Shown: positions 11,689-25,265, numbered from the stretch's first letter. The stretch: 64,000 nucleotides of DNA from Macrostomum lignano (GCA_002269645.1 NIVC01000546.1:282395-346394), one strand, 5' to 3'. The notes: a model not told the origin generated them from the sequence alone. Numbers and translations are program-made.

Positions 11689-14350
11689 TCACTCAGCTCC
11701 ACCATTGGCGAGCACGGACGGCAGGCGAAGCAGTTTGCCAAACTCTACGGCGAAATGCTCGTGCTCCGGAGCGCTCGCCAGTTCGTCGATCGGCGCCCGA
11801 CCAAAGTTGTCGGCCCGCCTCGGATCGGCGCCGGCTTGCAGCAGTAGCCTGGCGGCGTCCAGTCGTCGGTAGCGCACGGCCAGGTGCAGCGGTCGTCTGC
11901 CATCGTAGTCGGCGACGTCGGCTGACACTCCCGCTGCCAGATAGCCTTCGATGCCTTTGACGTCGCCAACAGCTGCGTAGCTGCACAGCTGACTGCCAAT
12001 GGTTTGAGGATTTACGGTTGACAGGTGAGCGCCGGTGTCGATTAGTTTGCGGATCACGTCCGTGTGGCCGCGTTGCATGGCGATTTGCAGAGGTGTGTGC
12101 CCGTCCGAGTCGACGTAGTTGACGAGAGCGCCGCTAGACAGCAGCAGCTCGGCACAGGCGGCGCTGCCAAAGAGGGCCGCGTAGTGCAGCGGAGTGCGGC
12201 CCAAGCAGTCCGTCACCTGGAAGTGAACGAAAGCGATGTCGAATCTGCAGAAGGCATTGACGCTGCTACCGAACGGGATTTACAAAGCACGGAAACTAAA
12301 GTAGGACTTCGCGAGTTATGTAATTATGTAACTAGCTAATCAACCTCGAAGGAAACATAGACTAGATTTTTTAAGTTTTGAATTTCAGAAGGAGAGGTGC
12401 TCAGATAACTTCAAATATCGCTAATGCATTTCGCGTTGCCAGGCTCCAGTGAAATTTGCACGATTTGCGATTGCAACGTCTTTTGAAGTGGTTAGTTGTT
12501 AGTGGTGGCGGTTAGTAGTTTTTTAATCTGCATCGTGTTAGCAATGACAGGGTAGGACTTATATAATCTGCTTAGTAGGACTAACTGAATGAAGAGTGGG
12601 CGCAGATACATTCATGTCAGGTGTAAGTCTCCAACCTGAAAGTGTCCTGCCATGTTGCCCAGACTCTTAAGGTACTCTAGATTCGCCTCTTTTACCGCCG
12701 CTGCCATTAACGCCGGCAGGAACTCGTCTCGAATCGTAGTGGCATCCTCGTCGACGGGCAGGTTGAACGCATCGGCCAGCAGGGAAAGCAGCCGCTTGTT
12801 CATCGCGCTATCGTCCGAGTGGACCGTGGGATCGTGCAGCTCTCCGCGGAGGCATTTTTGCATTGCCTTGAATTTGCGTTCGAGGCTCCAGGACTTGCCG
12901 CAGACGTACATCAGCTTGGCTACCGCCGCCTCAGCTGTCATGTCGTGACCCGGGCATACACCGATGTCGTACAACATTTTACCTGTGAAAATGGGAAGGT
13001 ATCAGTCAGACCAGTCAAAATTTTGTCACCTGCTTGTACATGCTCTTTCAAAAGTACAATTTAGTTCAAGACAAACCTGTGGCATAGAGACCCATCACGG
13101 CGCCCTTCTGGCACTGGGTGATGTTGACAATGATGACACCGCGGGCCACAGCTTTTTTGAAGACGTCGATAACATCCTGACGGAGTACCGGAATATTGCC
13201 GGCGCCGTAGGATTGCAACACGACGCCTTCGATTGGCGGCGCCATGCAGGCAGCGATGGTTGTCGGCGAGAGCGCAGGAAAAAGGCGCAGAATGGTGACA
13301 TTCGAGGAGAGCGTAGTGCTCACCTGGAACGGTTGCAGCTTCATTGGCTTCAGTACGAGAGGCCAGTTTACCTCGATGTTTAGACCAAGCGTAGCCAAAG
13401 GCGCCAAGTTCGGGCTTTGAAAGGCCCTGAATGCAGTCGAGCTGACCTTAGTGACGCGGTTTCCGCGGTACAGATTGTTGTCAAAGAACACAGTGGCCTC
13501 TGGGATAGAGAAGTGTCCGGCAATCTGAAGGGCACCTGTGTAATATCAAGAAAGGATTCACTTCAAGCAAATTATGCAGCGTACGCAAGTTTAATATAGA
13601 CATCAGCTTCAAACTTGTAACTTGTTTTGAAGTCTTGAAAATACGGCAATTTGAAAGGCTAGAGCACAATTTTGTATTCACCCCTCTATCGCCAAAAAGG
13701 TTACCATTGCACAAGAAGCATGCAGATTGCAGATTTTTTCTGCTCTCTTCTCTTTCTTCCCCTGTACAGGAAAACTGTCACTCACAGTACAGGCACTATT
13801 TTTATAGTTGCCGCAATGTACTTTGCCTCCGCTAAGAGTTCAGTTGAACTGTAGACTCACCAAGGAAGTTGTCCCGACCGTCGCTGCGAATCTCAAAAAT
13901 AGGAATCTGAGCTCCGGTGATAACCACCGTCTTGCCAAGGTTTTCGAACATGAATGACAGCACGGACGCTGTGTACGCCAGAGTGTCCGTGCCGTGTAGG
14001 ATGATAAATCCGTCGTACTGCTTATAGTTGGCGCTCACATCCTGCGCAATTCGAATGTAGTCGCTGGAGCTGATTTCGCACGAGTCAATCACCGGGTCGT
14101 ATTCGACAATGCGGTAGGCAATGGCCGGCTCTGTCTGCGGTAGCAGCATGAAATCGCCAATCTTGTTGCTCACCCGCTTATCGTGAAACAGGTCGCTTTC
14201 TCTCAGCGAGGACTCGAAATAGTGCGGCACGGCCTCGTAGCCTTTGCCCAGGTCTTTCATGCCAATGGTGCCGCCAGTGTACAGCACCAGCACTTTGCGG
14301 GCCGAGAAGAGCGGATCCGTGGACATCTCGGTGGACATTTCGGTGGACAT
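11689..14350 (-). CDS. ASPG: L-asparaginase / 60 kDa lysophospholipase with C-terminal ankyrin repeats, 4 exons, 607 aa
   Basis: Exons 14350-13861, 13535-13077, 12982-12636 and 12216-11689, all GT-AG with consistent phases (1,1,0). Catalytic motifs YTGGTIGM and HGTDT, also SPN and SYGAGN. Ankyrin repeats GRTPLHYAA, GHTPLQIA and DYDGRRPLHLA. Confidence 0.93.
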
Positions 14351-15184
14351 TTCGCCGTGGATTTTGAGTCTCCCAAGTAGATTTGGTAAACCCTAAACGT
14401 AAAAGTATATCTAATGACTTTGAAGAAGTCCTTTTAGCTTTTGAATCATGCATTTCGAGACTCTTGGCGGGTCTGAGGGGCGTGGGTTATGGGTTTGTAG
14501 ACTACGGGGTTGGAAACCGGTTTTAGCTGGATGGCTCTGAGTGGCTGCTGCTGGTTGGGGGGGGGGGGGGTGGGTTGTGCTGGCAGGCCGGGCGGAGGGG
14601 CCGGGGGTTGGTGGGTCAAGCTCGCACAGCAGGCAGCTAGAAAACCAATGTACACTCTCTGAGACGTAGGACCCACCTCCCCCTGATGAACGCGCCAGGG
14701 CGCCCATTTGACCTTCTTAGGGCAGCGGCCTGAGTCTTCTATTTCAGGCAATTCCCGTGACTTACCCGAAAAGCTGGCAAAGCCCGGGCCAAGCCAGCTG
14801 ATTTTTCTGTCTGTTTAACTGCTGCCGCCAAACGAAGGCGGTTTTACCAGTAACCGCCACCAACTGCGGCTTGCTGCCTCCGAATTCCTGCGTGGCACGT
14901 TGACCGCCTCTCGAACAGCAAATGGTAGCTTTGACTCAGCCCCAGACCTAATTGTCAATGCAGAGGAAATTTACTAAATTTTGCTAAATTGCGTGGGCTG
15001 TTTCTTTCAATTTTCCACTGAGATAATAAGATTAGGATAGTTCGGAAAGACTGAGGCCACTTTGAAGACTGGGAACTGTTTTTTTAGCGAATTCCGTCTT
15101 TAGCGACGAAGGGGAGGGTTTGACACACCACAATTGGCGCATCTGACACAACACAAACAGCGCAACTGACACGTCCGCATTGGT

Positions 15185-15860
15185 CCTGACACACTCGAAT
15201 TTCTTCTCCTGACACTCGAATTGGTTCTCCTGACACACTCCTGTCTCCTGTCAGCAAATTGGTTTACTGACACACTCAAATCGGTTTACCTGACACACTC
15301 AAATCGGTTTACCTGACACACTCAAATCGGTTTACCTGACACACTCAAATCGGTTTACCTGACACACTCGAATTGCTTCTCCTGACACACTCGAATTAGT
15401 TTACCTGACACACTCGAATTGCTTCTCCTGACACACTCGAATTAGTTTACCTGACACACTCGAATTGGTTTACCTGACACACTCGAATTGGTTTACCTGA
15501 CACACTCGAATTGGTTTACCTGACACACTCGAATTAGTTTACCTGACACACTCGAATTGGGTTACCTGACACACTCGAATTGGTTTACCTGACACACTTA
15601 AATCGGTTTACCTGACACACTCAAATCGGTTTACCTGACACACTCGAATCGGTTTACCTGACACACTCAAATCGGTTTACCTGACACACTCGAATTGCTT
15701 CTCCTGACACACTCGAATTGCTTCTCCTAAAACACTCGAATTTCTTCTCCTGGCACACTTGAATTGGTTTGCCTGAAACACTTGAATTGGTTTACCTGAC
15801 ACACTCGAATTGGTTTACCTGACACACTCGAATTGGTTTACCTGACACACTCGAATTAGG
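15185..15860. repeat. 22 bp minisatellite (CTGACACACTCGAATTGGTTTAC-like)
   Basis: About 30 tandem units. Confidence 0.93.
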
Positions 15861-16444
15861 TTGCCTGCATCACCCGCATTTCGCTTTTTTTGTGGCCAAA
15901 AATGCAGTCCAAGTTGATTTTAAAGTTTTTATAGTTTACAGTTTTTTTAATTCTTTGTCAGGTGGCGCATTTGAATACCATTGCAAGTTTGGATTGGAAT
16001 GGAACTCCCCCCCTTGAATGGAAATTTCCAGCCGACTGACTGAATAAACTATTTTTTATGCTGCAGAAGTGCATTTCTTTAACTAGCCGCTCCACTTGTG
16101 CAAATAACTGCAATTCCATATAGTTAATGACTAAGAGCGCACATTGTTCGGTCCTTTTTGCCTTTAGAATGGCGCCACTTGCTCCTTACAGAATTGACCT
16201 CCACTTAAGTTGAAGCAGATCTGGCATACAGTGCGACTGAGTTGGGTTGCAAGTCTTCTTACTCAGACCTTTTTGACCAACAGCGGAGAGTCGCCCATTG
16301 CTCACCCGATTCATTTTTGCACTTTTAGTTGACAAATAGTTCTTATGACACGGTTGCAGAAATTTGCAGTGTCTTGGTGCTAAAACAGAGCCACAAAGAA
16401 GCAGTATCACAGTGCAATATCAACATCAAGGCACCTCCTGAACT

Positions 16445-16800
16445 CCTCCTGAAATCTTGCAAATATCCCGAAGTCATGCAAGAATCCCGAACTCCTGCAA
16501 GAATCTCGAAATCCTGCAAGAATCCCGAAATCCTGCAAGAATCCCGAAATCCTGCAAGAATCTCAAAAATCCTGCAAGAATCCCGAAATCCTGCAAGAAT
16601 CTCGAAGTCATGCAAGAATCCCGGAATCCTGCAAGAATCCCGAAATCCTGCAAGAATCCTGAAATTCTGTAAGAATCCCGAAATTCTGTGAGAATCCCGA
16701 AATTCTGTGAGAATCCCGAAATCCTGGAAGAATCTCGAAGTCATGCAAGAATCCCGAAATCCTGCAAGAATCCCGAAATCCTGCAAGAATCCCGAAAACC
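16445..16800. repeat. ~19 bp minisatellite (GAATCCCGAAATCCTGCAA)
   Basis: Tandem degenerate units; they explain the SCKNPEILQE ORFs. Confidence 0.9.
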
Positions 16801-17609
16801 CAAAGATGAAATCAACATTTGCAATTAAGTTAAAAAGGTTTAACACTCTCCGAGTTCTCCGAGACGCAAGCCTGGGAGAGTTGACTCAAAATTATGGACT
16901 TGTCGGTGAAACATCAAAGAGAATGGATTCGCAATTACACTCGTAATTCCTCTGAAGTTCACTTCAATGACCCGCCCCGACTGTGTTGATAAGAAAATTC
17001 TGATAAGGAAATTCTGATAAGAAGTCGTATTGTTAGCGATTTGTGCCTCTAGACTGTAGGGCATTCGTACCTTTTATCAGCAAATTGTATAACCTAATTG
17101 AAGGCTTATATTGGCTCATATTGCACAATATATTGCTGTGCATGTTTGGGTACATACAGATCTCCGACGCTCACTGTCCAAAAAATACTTTATTCAAGGT
17201 TGTGCATGTACTCGATTTGCTACTTATTTCAGCTGCTCCCGTGCTTGTCAGTAGTGTAAATAGTAAAGTGCTATGCAATTTTTAATTAAAAAAATATTCT
17301 TTTCTTTTAGTGCACTGGAATCCACTTCGTGGAATTTTAATCAATATATTTTGATTAAGACCAGCTCTTTGCTTTGAGAGCTTTCAATTTAGACCTTTAA
17401 CACGCCTGAAAAGGCTCTATTAAATTCAAATTTCAAAAAAGAAAAGACTGCGCATCAAAGGAAGTGCTCAAAGGAAGTGCTCATTTGTTTGAATTGCTTT
17501 CTATTGATTATCAATGATGAAAAGGAACTGCTTATTTAGCTAAACCTTTGTGTGGTGCTTCAAATGGTTGGCGCTTAAAGAGATAAGTTAGAAGACGCTC
17601 ACAAGGAAT

Positions 17610-18030
17610 CGAGGTCGCCCACCAAGAGACAAGGGCACCCACCAAGAGACAGGGGCGCCCACCAAGAGACAGGGGCGCCCACCAAGAGACAGGGGCGCCT
17701 ACCAAGAGACAGGGGCGCCCACCAAGAGACAGGGGCGCCCACCAAGAGACAGGGGCGCCCACCAAGAGACAGGGGCACCCACCAAGAGACAGGGGCGCCT
17801 ACCAAGAGACAGGGGCGCCCACCAAGAGACAGGGGCGCCCACCAAGAGACAGGGGCGCCCACCAAGAGACAGGGGCGCCCACCAAGAGACAGGGGCGCCC
17901 ACCAAGAGACAGGGGCGCCCACCAAGAGACAGGGGCGCCCACCAAGAGACAGGGGCGCCCACCAAGAGACAGGGGCGCCCACCAAGAGACAGGGGCGCGC
18001 ACCAGGAGACAGGGGCGCCCACCAGGAGAC
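17610..18030. repeat. 19 bp minisatellite (CACCAAGAGACAGGGGCGCC-like)
   Basis: About 22 near-identical tandem units. Confidence 0.95.
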
Positions 18031-18430
18031 AAAGGCAATTTCTACAGGCAGTTCCAGTTTCACACGAGGCGGCAGCCTTTACTTTAATTCGTTTTCTTGC
18101 AACCTTACTCAGCTGGATGTCGCTCCACTGATTGGCTGGGAGACAGATTTGGTTCTGCAGCTCAGAGGCATATTGCTACAACTGCTCCCAGAAGCATTCT
18201 CCGGTGGAATCTCCGCCACAATCGCAAGAAGCTTCGAACTCGCGACCAAATTACATGTAAGACTGTCCCAGCCTTGGAGATGTTCAACGAACTCGTAAAA
18301 CAATTTAAAGATATTGACGACTCGGGATCCGACGATGAGAATGAGTTTGACATGGCTGCAGACGCTACAGGTAAGAAAAACCAGCGGGTCTATGAGAATT
18401 TCGCACAGGAAATTTTCTCACCGAGCTTTT

Positions 18431-19122
18431 CCCGCAGGGTTTTTACAGCCGGAATTTCAAGTCAAATCCAATCGCATTTGAAATCTAGTCTAGTCTAGTT
18501 CTAATCTAGTCTAGTTCTAATCTAGTCTAGTTTTCAATCTAGTCTAGTTTTCAATCTAGTCTAGTTTTCAATCTAGTCTAGTTTTCAATCTAGTCTAGTT
18601 TTCAATCTAGTCTAGTTTTCAATCTAGTCTAGTTTTCAATCTAGTCTAGTTTTCAATCTAGTCTAGTTTTCAATCTAGTCTAGTTTTCAATCTAGTCTAG
18701 TTTTCAATCTAGTCTAGTTTTCAATCTAGTCTAGTTTTCAATCTAGTCTAGTTTTCAATCTAGTCTAGTTTTCAATCTAGTCTAGTTTTCAATCTAGTCT
18801 AGTTTTCAATCTAGTCTAGTTTTCAATCTAGTCTAGTTTTCAATCTAGTCTAGTTTTCAATCTAGTCTAGTTTTCAATCTAGTCTAGTTTTCAATCTAGT
18901 CTAGTTTTCAATCTAGTCTAGTTTTCAATCTAGTCTAGTTTTCAATCTAGTCTAGTTTTCAATCTAGTCTAGTTTTTAATCTAGTCTAGTTTTTAATCTA
19001 GTCTAGTTTATGTCTAGCCTAATCTAGTCTAGTCTAGTCTAGTCTAGGCTAGTTCTAATCTAGTCCAGCACTGTCTATAGACTGGATTTGACTTGAAATT
19101 CCGATTGTAAAAACCCTGCGGG
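18431..19122. mobile_element. Foldback/MITE-like unit: 40 bp inverted repeats enclosing a 17 bp (AATCTAGTCTAGTTTTC)n array
   Basis: 18431-18470 versus the reverse complement of 19083-19122 matches at 38/40. The array spans ~18482-19067. Confidence 0.6.
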
Positions 19123-20999
19123 CAAACCTCCTGCGGAAAAGCTCGCCGCGGGAAAACCTCGCCGCGAGAACTTCCAACTTCCTGCTGGAAGTTCTCGTGC
19201 TCCCAAACCAGCATGTCTCTACGGCACGCTCTCTCACCACCTCCACTGCCCTGCAATCTTGTTACGTAAAGGAAATTGCTACTAATCTTACTATACATGT
19301 CGGCAGTTGACCGAATCAACTCTAAAGTATGAATCAATGAGATTAGGGTATTAATCCGGGATAAAGACCACTATAGAAAGGCATTGTCTTTTAAAACAAC
19401 TATTTATTTGTTATATGTTACTTCTGTATTGAAGAGAAAAGATCAATACATCATCAATGGGAAAAACCAGCTTCCAAACTTTGAGGGAATCAGAAGATAC
19501 AAAATTTAGGGAAAATGCACGCAAGCCCCCCTTTTGGCCTATGCAACAGCCTGTGCAACAGGGCTCAAACTCAATGAGTCGAAAGGAAAAGTTAACGGGG
19601 AGTGAAATTTCTGATATAGGACAGGGCGATCTCAGGACAGCAATAATGGAATCGAGGCGTTCAACTCAAGCGGCTTGAGTAGGGGGCGACACTTCTATTT
19701 GCTCTCGAGATTCGCACCGGGCAAACTTTGTGAGCGCAAGCCGAAGATCGAGTCAGATAATGCAGCCGAGCGGAACCCAGCAACAGCATCATGGGAAACA
19801 TTTCCGCTCGTAATCTCCTGATCTCATGCAGTTGCCTGGGGACTGTATGCTTCTCAAATTTCCTCTACAACTCGCCTGTGGAGAAGAGGCTACTGAGCGG
19901 CAGCTGAAAATCGAGCTCTTGAGCATTTGCACTTTTATGCCAGATCTACGATGGCACATTCAACTTCATGATGAGAGAGTTTCAATTTTCATGATGACTG
20001 TTTGCAACAGTGCCTGATGATAACAAATGTGGGAGGCTGCGGAAGGCACCCTGGCGCAGTGCCTTTGCATGGCAACATCGCCTCCCAGAACCAACGCTAC
20101 GGCAGTTCTGCCCGTTCCACAGCGCAAGACTTAGACGCGTTGACCGCTGAGGGCGCTGAGCTGCTGCTTCCACAACAGTGCCTCACAATTAGTTCTTCTG
20201 GAAAGTAGAAAATTGCAAGCAATTATAGCAGCAACCAAGTATAGTGTATGCTGAATTATAGATACAAGTACATGTAGGAGCCGAGTTATATCAACCACTA
20301 ATTGTCAGTGTTGGAGCTTAGCATATGCAGAATGAGAGGCTGTTTTGAGAAATAATTGCACTCGTAAGTCCAAGTCGATCTTACCATTGCATGGACCAGA
20401 AATCAGTAAGTGCGAAGAACTGAGAAAAAATTAGAAAAATCGATTTTAGCAATAATAATAGAAACTCCTTTTGTATTTATACTAGTGTTAGTAGTATAGA
20501 ATAGGGAGAACTATACAAACAACAATGAATTGGATTGAGAACAGACTGTTGTACTGTTGTACTAAAGCCCATGGACACTTGAAGCTGCAGGACCGCTTAC
20601 TTATCGTATCGCTCTGGAGAAATCGGATTTTCCCGATCGAATTTGTCTATGGTAAAACCCCATTCAGTGCTGCGCGTTCTCTGGAGCTAACCACAGATTC
20701 TATATTATCTCTGTGGTTCTGATACTTCAGCTGTCCATCATAACCAGGGCAGTTTAAATTTTTAAAACAAATTCGATCCTACCAACGAAGAGAAAAAAAT
20801 TCTTTTGAAAATAAGAAAAAATGTATCTAGCACAAAAAACAACAGTTTTTTTAAATTTCGTTCCAATCGTTTGGCAAGAAGCAACTCGTCCCATCAATAA
20901 AATTTTATAATATACTTGATCTCCGTACAGTTTTGGACAAAGAATTAACAAAAAATGAAAATATTTTAGGATCAATAAAGTTTCCGTGATTCGGTGCAG

Positions 21000-21230
21000 G
21001 ATATGATGAAGTCTCAGTGAATCGGTGAGGGGCTTGATGAAGTTTCGGTGAGGTGTTGCAGGATGTGATGAAGTTTCAGTGCATTAGTGCGGGGCGTGAT
21101 AAAGTCTCGGTGAATTGATACAGGATGTAATAATGAAGTCTCTGTGAATTGGTGCAGAATGTGATGAAGTCTCAGTGAATCGGTGAGGGGCTTGATGAAG
21201 TTTCAGTGAGTTGGTGCGGGTCTTGATGTA
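21000..21230. repeat. Degenerate ~30 bp tandem repeat (TGATGAAGTCTCAGTGAAT core)
   Basis: About 7 diverged units downstream of the GLS stop codon. Confidence 0.7.
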
Positions 21231-21439
21231 CGATATATATTGAGCGATTTGATTCATACTTGGTGAGGGTGCAATAAATGATGTTGGTTAGTAACTAATA
21301 GTTATCCTTAATCTTATATTGATGCAGTCAGTGTCTATCTAAGCAGAAGGGTTAGGCTAGCTAAGCAGGTTCCATTAGTCAGGAAGGTGGCCTGTCTTCA
21401 ACTTTGCCTGCCAAAAGTCGGGCGGCACTGAGTCTCCGG

Positions 21440-23614
21440 CTAGCCGTTGCTCTTCGCCGCGTCTCCAGCAGCTGCGGAAGATTCCCCTGCCGAGGACGGC
21501 TGCTGAGCCTCGAGCTTGTGCTCCCGGATTGTCATCTTCTTGCCGCGCAGGTCAGTCTGCGGCAGGTCCTTCGGCTGTGCGCTGATGCAGCCACCGGATT
21601 TGCGGAGAAACTGCGCCACGGCGCTGTGGCCGAACCGCTCCGCCTCGGCCAGAGGAGTGAAGCCCCAGCGGTCCTTCGGGTTGACGTTCACTTCGCAGAC
21701 TTCTATCAGGAATGTCACGGTCTCCAGGTGTCCTTCGGCTGAGGCCACATGGATGGCCGTTCGGCCGTCGTAATCGGCGATGTTCATGTCCGTGCCGCAG
21801 AGGAATGCCCGTCTGGTGAAGGAGGACGGAGATACATTAGAATGTGTAGCGATTGTAGGCTGTCAGTCTGTAGGTCTTTGATGGGATAGAAATATCTCGG
21901 TGGTCTCGTGTTGGTGACGTCAGTTGCAATAGTTTGGGTTGTTTGTCGTTTTACTTTCCCATGGGGTTTTAGTGAATCGAAGTGAGAATATTGGTTAGAA
22001 ATTTGGTCTAAGTACGTGTAAATATCGTGGCTTAACTTGTGAGTTCAGGCATCACATCAATATGGAGGAGGGTGCTGTTAAATTACCTCAGCGCCGCGAT
22101 GTCGTCGTTGAAAGCACAGAACAGGATGGACACAACCACGTCGTTCTTCTGGCTCTCGTTGCTCCTCACAGTTCGTCTTGGGTCCATCTTGTCCTCCGAG
22201 TTTATCAGCGAGTCGTAGTTATGGAAGTTAAACTTTGACACGAGCTCCTCGCAGAACTTAATGCCCCGATAGGAGTTGCCCTGCTCGTCAAGCGACGGCG
22301 ACCACAGAGCGATGCCCATCAGGTTGGGGATGACCAGCAGGATGACGCCCGATACGCCAGACTTTGCTGGCAGGCCGCACTTAAAAGCGAACTGGCCGCT
22401 GTAGTCGTACATTCCACAGCTGTACATTAGGGACAGCGTGTCCCGCACGGCTTCGGCGGTGAGCACCCGCTCGCCAGTCATCGGGCAGATGCCACCGTTG
22501 GCCAGGGTGCCGGCAATGACTGAGGCGGAGCTGCAGGTGACCTCCACGGAGCACAGCTGAAAGTAGAAGTCCAGCGTCTCCTTCAGATCAGTGCCAGGCG
22601 GGAAGCACTTGTTCTCGTTCATGTAGTAAGCCAGGGCGAAGTTCCGATCTGCCGTGTCGCGCTCCGACAAGAAGGTGGGGTTGTTGAAGCCCAGGAACTC
22701 GCCTGGAAAAGTGAAAGTTGGATTGACAGTGTTAACGAGAATTCCAAGAGTCACGAATGACCTAATTTGGGATTTTCCTTATTGAGCAGAAAATACTTAC
22801 CGCCCGCCATTCGCTTGTACTCGTGCGTCACCATGTCGAAGCGGTCGGCGAGCTTCCTGCTCCGCTGGAGGAGGCTGCACGTGACAATGGCGCCAGCATT
22901 GATCATCGGATTGTGCGGAGTCAGCTTGTCGTTGAGCGCGATGGAGTTAAAGCTGATGCCGGACGGTTCGTAGCCGACTCTCTCGTGCACCTCGTCACAG
23001 CCGAGCTCCGTGAGGGCCAGGGCATAGTTGAGCGGCTTGCAGGTGGACTGCAGACAGAATGGGATCTTGTAGTCGCCGTGGTTGTACCGCTGCCCGTCGA
23101 TAGTGCAGATGGACACGGCCCAGTACTCCGGGTCGAAGCGGGCGAGCTGCGGGATGTAGCTCGCCGGGGCGCCGTGGCGGTAGGCTCGGCACTTCTCGAA
23201 GATGGTCCGAATCTGGTGCGAGAACTCGTGAAACTGCGGCACCACGAAGTTGTTGTGCAGGATGGTCAGGAGCATTACGGCATTGTCGCGAACCACCTCT
23301 GTGAAGGTCTGCTTGTCCAGAAAGAAGCAGTTCTTGGCGTCCTCCTCCGATTGCACGTTGCGCTTCTGCAGGTTGCGGATGTTCTGGATGCACTCAAGGA
23401 GGCGCGGATCGTCCAGCAGGATGCCGGCGCCCTCGATGCTGCGAAAAATCCGCGTGATCGAAACCCGATTCTTGTTCGGCTCTTTCAGCGATTCGAAAGC
23501 GATCTCGCAGGCGTCGGCGGACTGCATCTCGCGGGAGCGGCGCTCCACTTCGTCGCGAAGTGTGCGAACGTCATCGGACGAGACGCTCGACCAGCGGCGG
23601 AGAGGAGTGTGCAT
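21440..23614 (-). CDS. GLS: Glutaminase (kidney/liver type) with C-terminal ankyrin repeats, 3 coding exons, 600 aa
   Basis: Exons 23614-22801, 22702-22087 and 21812-21440, GT-AG, phases 1 and 2. Motifs ASYIPQLA, catalytic QSTCKP (SxxK), [36 protein letters not shown] and ankyrin [11 protein letters not shown]. The ATG is directly preceded by a CAG acceptor. Confidence 0.94.
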
Positions 23615-25201
23615 CTGCGGCGGGGCGGGAGGAGCTTAGGCTGGATGAGGTTCAGAGGAGGCCCGCAAATTTCCAAGTCTACACTAAGTTTCTACAGTAA
23701 ATGCGCAGGCAGCAAAGTTGTGGGGCCTGAACTGTCAGCAGTTTGATATGCAGCGTAAATTTTGGCGCAGGACCAAAGCAGGCAGCGTGAAGATTGTTAT
23801 ATTAGCAGTTTGTGCTAAGATCGCGCAGAGCTCTCGAATCAAGAAAAGAAGCCGTATGCACATTTAGCAAGCAGACTGCAGTACCGGCCTAGTCAAAGCC
23901 AAAGATTTGTATCTGATAAGCCCAATTTTGAATTGATAGAGGCCGCTACGGGATTTTACACCAATTTTCGAGTTGACCCGAATTTTAAGTTCAAATTGGG
24001 ATCCCAGGATTGAAAAGGTTTCTTATCTTGGTTGGTGCAATTTTTGCTTTACGAAGCCATCTAATCTGATTTTAAAGGGCTTCAATAATAAAGTAGTAGA
24101 ACAGAGTAAGAGATTTTGCAAACAAGAAGCTGACAGTGAGCTCTGAATTGGAGTGCGATGTACGGGCTGGCGAAAGATGTGCTTTTTTACATGCCAGGAT
24201 CAGCTCAGTAAAATCACATTTGATTGTGATGTAACCTGGGGAATGATAGGTTACAGAGCTATGGCCCGATGCACTGATACCAGGGCAGAAGGGAATCAGA
24301 CCTCACCCTCCCAGGGGCACCCGCCCTAGATGGAGAACTGGTAGCTTGGGTTGTGGTCTGATAGCAAGGTCCCACTGTTCTAATCTCAACTACGGCCAAG
24401 AAGTTTTGAAGGTAGGGACTGCTTAAAGTAGTTCTGCATTATTACACCTTAAAATCTTCTTACAATCTGCTAACAGCTTCTGTTTTGTATCCATGCAGTC
24501 CTATAGCCTACTACTCACTAGCCTACATGCTTATAAGATTTAATAAATCAAAGCAGGACAACTGGGTTATGATTTTCACCTAACAAGTAGCTCAGCTGCA
24601 GATACTACTACTCGAGAATGAATGATTGAATTATTGCAAAGTGGGATCGGGGGATCCTGATGGTCAATCCGGGGATTGTCGAATCCCGGACGATTGTGAT
24701 TCCGGGATCCCGGGATTGTATTCCCTAGTCCCTATTATACAGTATCAGAATCAGATCAAGATCAGCAGCATAAGTGCGAGCACTCACTTAAAACTGATGT
24801 GTGTATATTAGAATTCGAGAAAGATAACAGGCCCAAGAACTGTTGGGTGTGTAATATCTCCTGCTTGCAGTCGGGTCGGGGGGTTCTACAGCAGTTGTGT
24901 CAACTTGTGTGGCGGGAGCCGTTGGCTTAGATATTATTCTACATAAACGCACAACGATTGGCTCAGTGGCGGAAATAGTTAAAAGAAGACCGGCGCTAGA
25001 AAGAAGAGAGAGAGAAGAGAAGAGAAGAGAGGGCAATAAAAAGGCTTTTTTGGGCAGTGCGCTACCCCCCTTTATTCACTCAGGGTGTACATCTGGGGTT
25101 CTTGTGTGTTCAGACCCTCAAATCGCTTCTTGCATTGTGCTGAACTGGGGTGGGGGGAGAGAGCTTTCGAGGGCCCCAGGGCTGGCGCGAAACAGCCTTA
25201 C

Positions 25202-25265
25202 CTAGCCTTATCCACGATTCCACGAAGCCTTCGCTTCCTCGCTTCGTGAAGCAGCAGTAGAGCAG
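25202..25265 (-). other. Candidate non-coding first exon of GLS
   Basis: Strong donor TAG/GTAAGG at 25202/25201 on the minus strand; it could splice to the acceptor immediately before the GLS ATG. The 5-prime boundary is a guess. Confidence 0.3.

Noticed and set aside
18097-18498. 133 aa ORF with a possible donor at ~18370
   Set aside because: No recognisable family and no partner exon; it runs into the inverted-repeat element.
19457-20208. Cluster of 63-73 aa ORFs between ASPG and GLS
   Set aside because: No motifs or consistent exon structure.
11689-23614. Bacterial horizontal origin of asparaginase and glutaminase
   Set aside because: Both have spliceosomal introns and the metazoan ankyrin-tail architecture.
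22823-23746. 307 aa plus-strand ORF (likewise 31117-31884 and 42464-42838)
   Set aside because: Antisense shadows of GC3-rich real exons.
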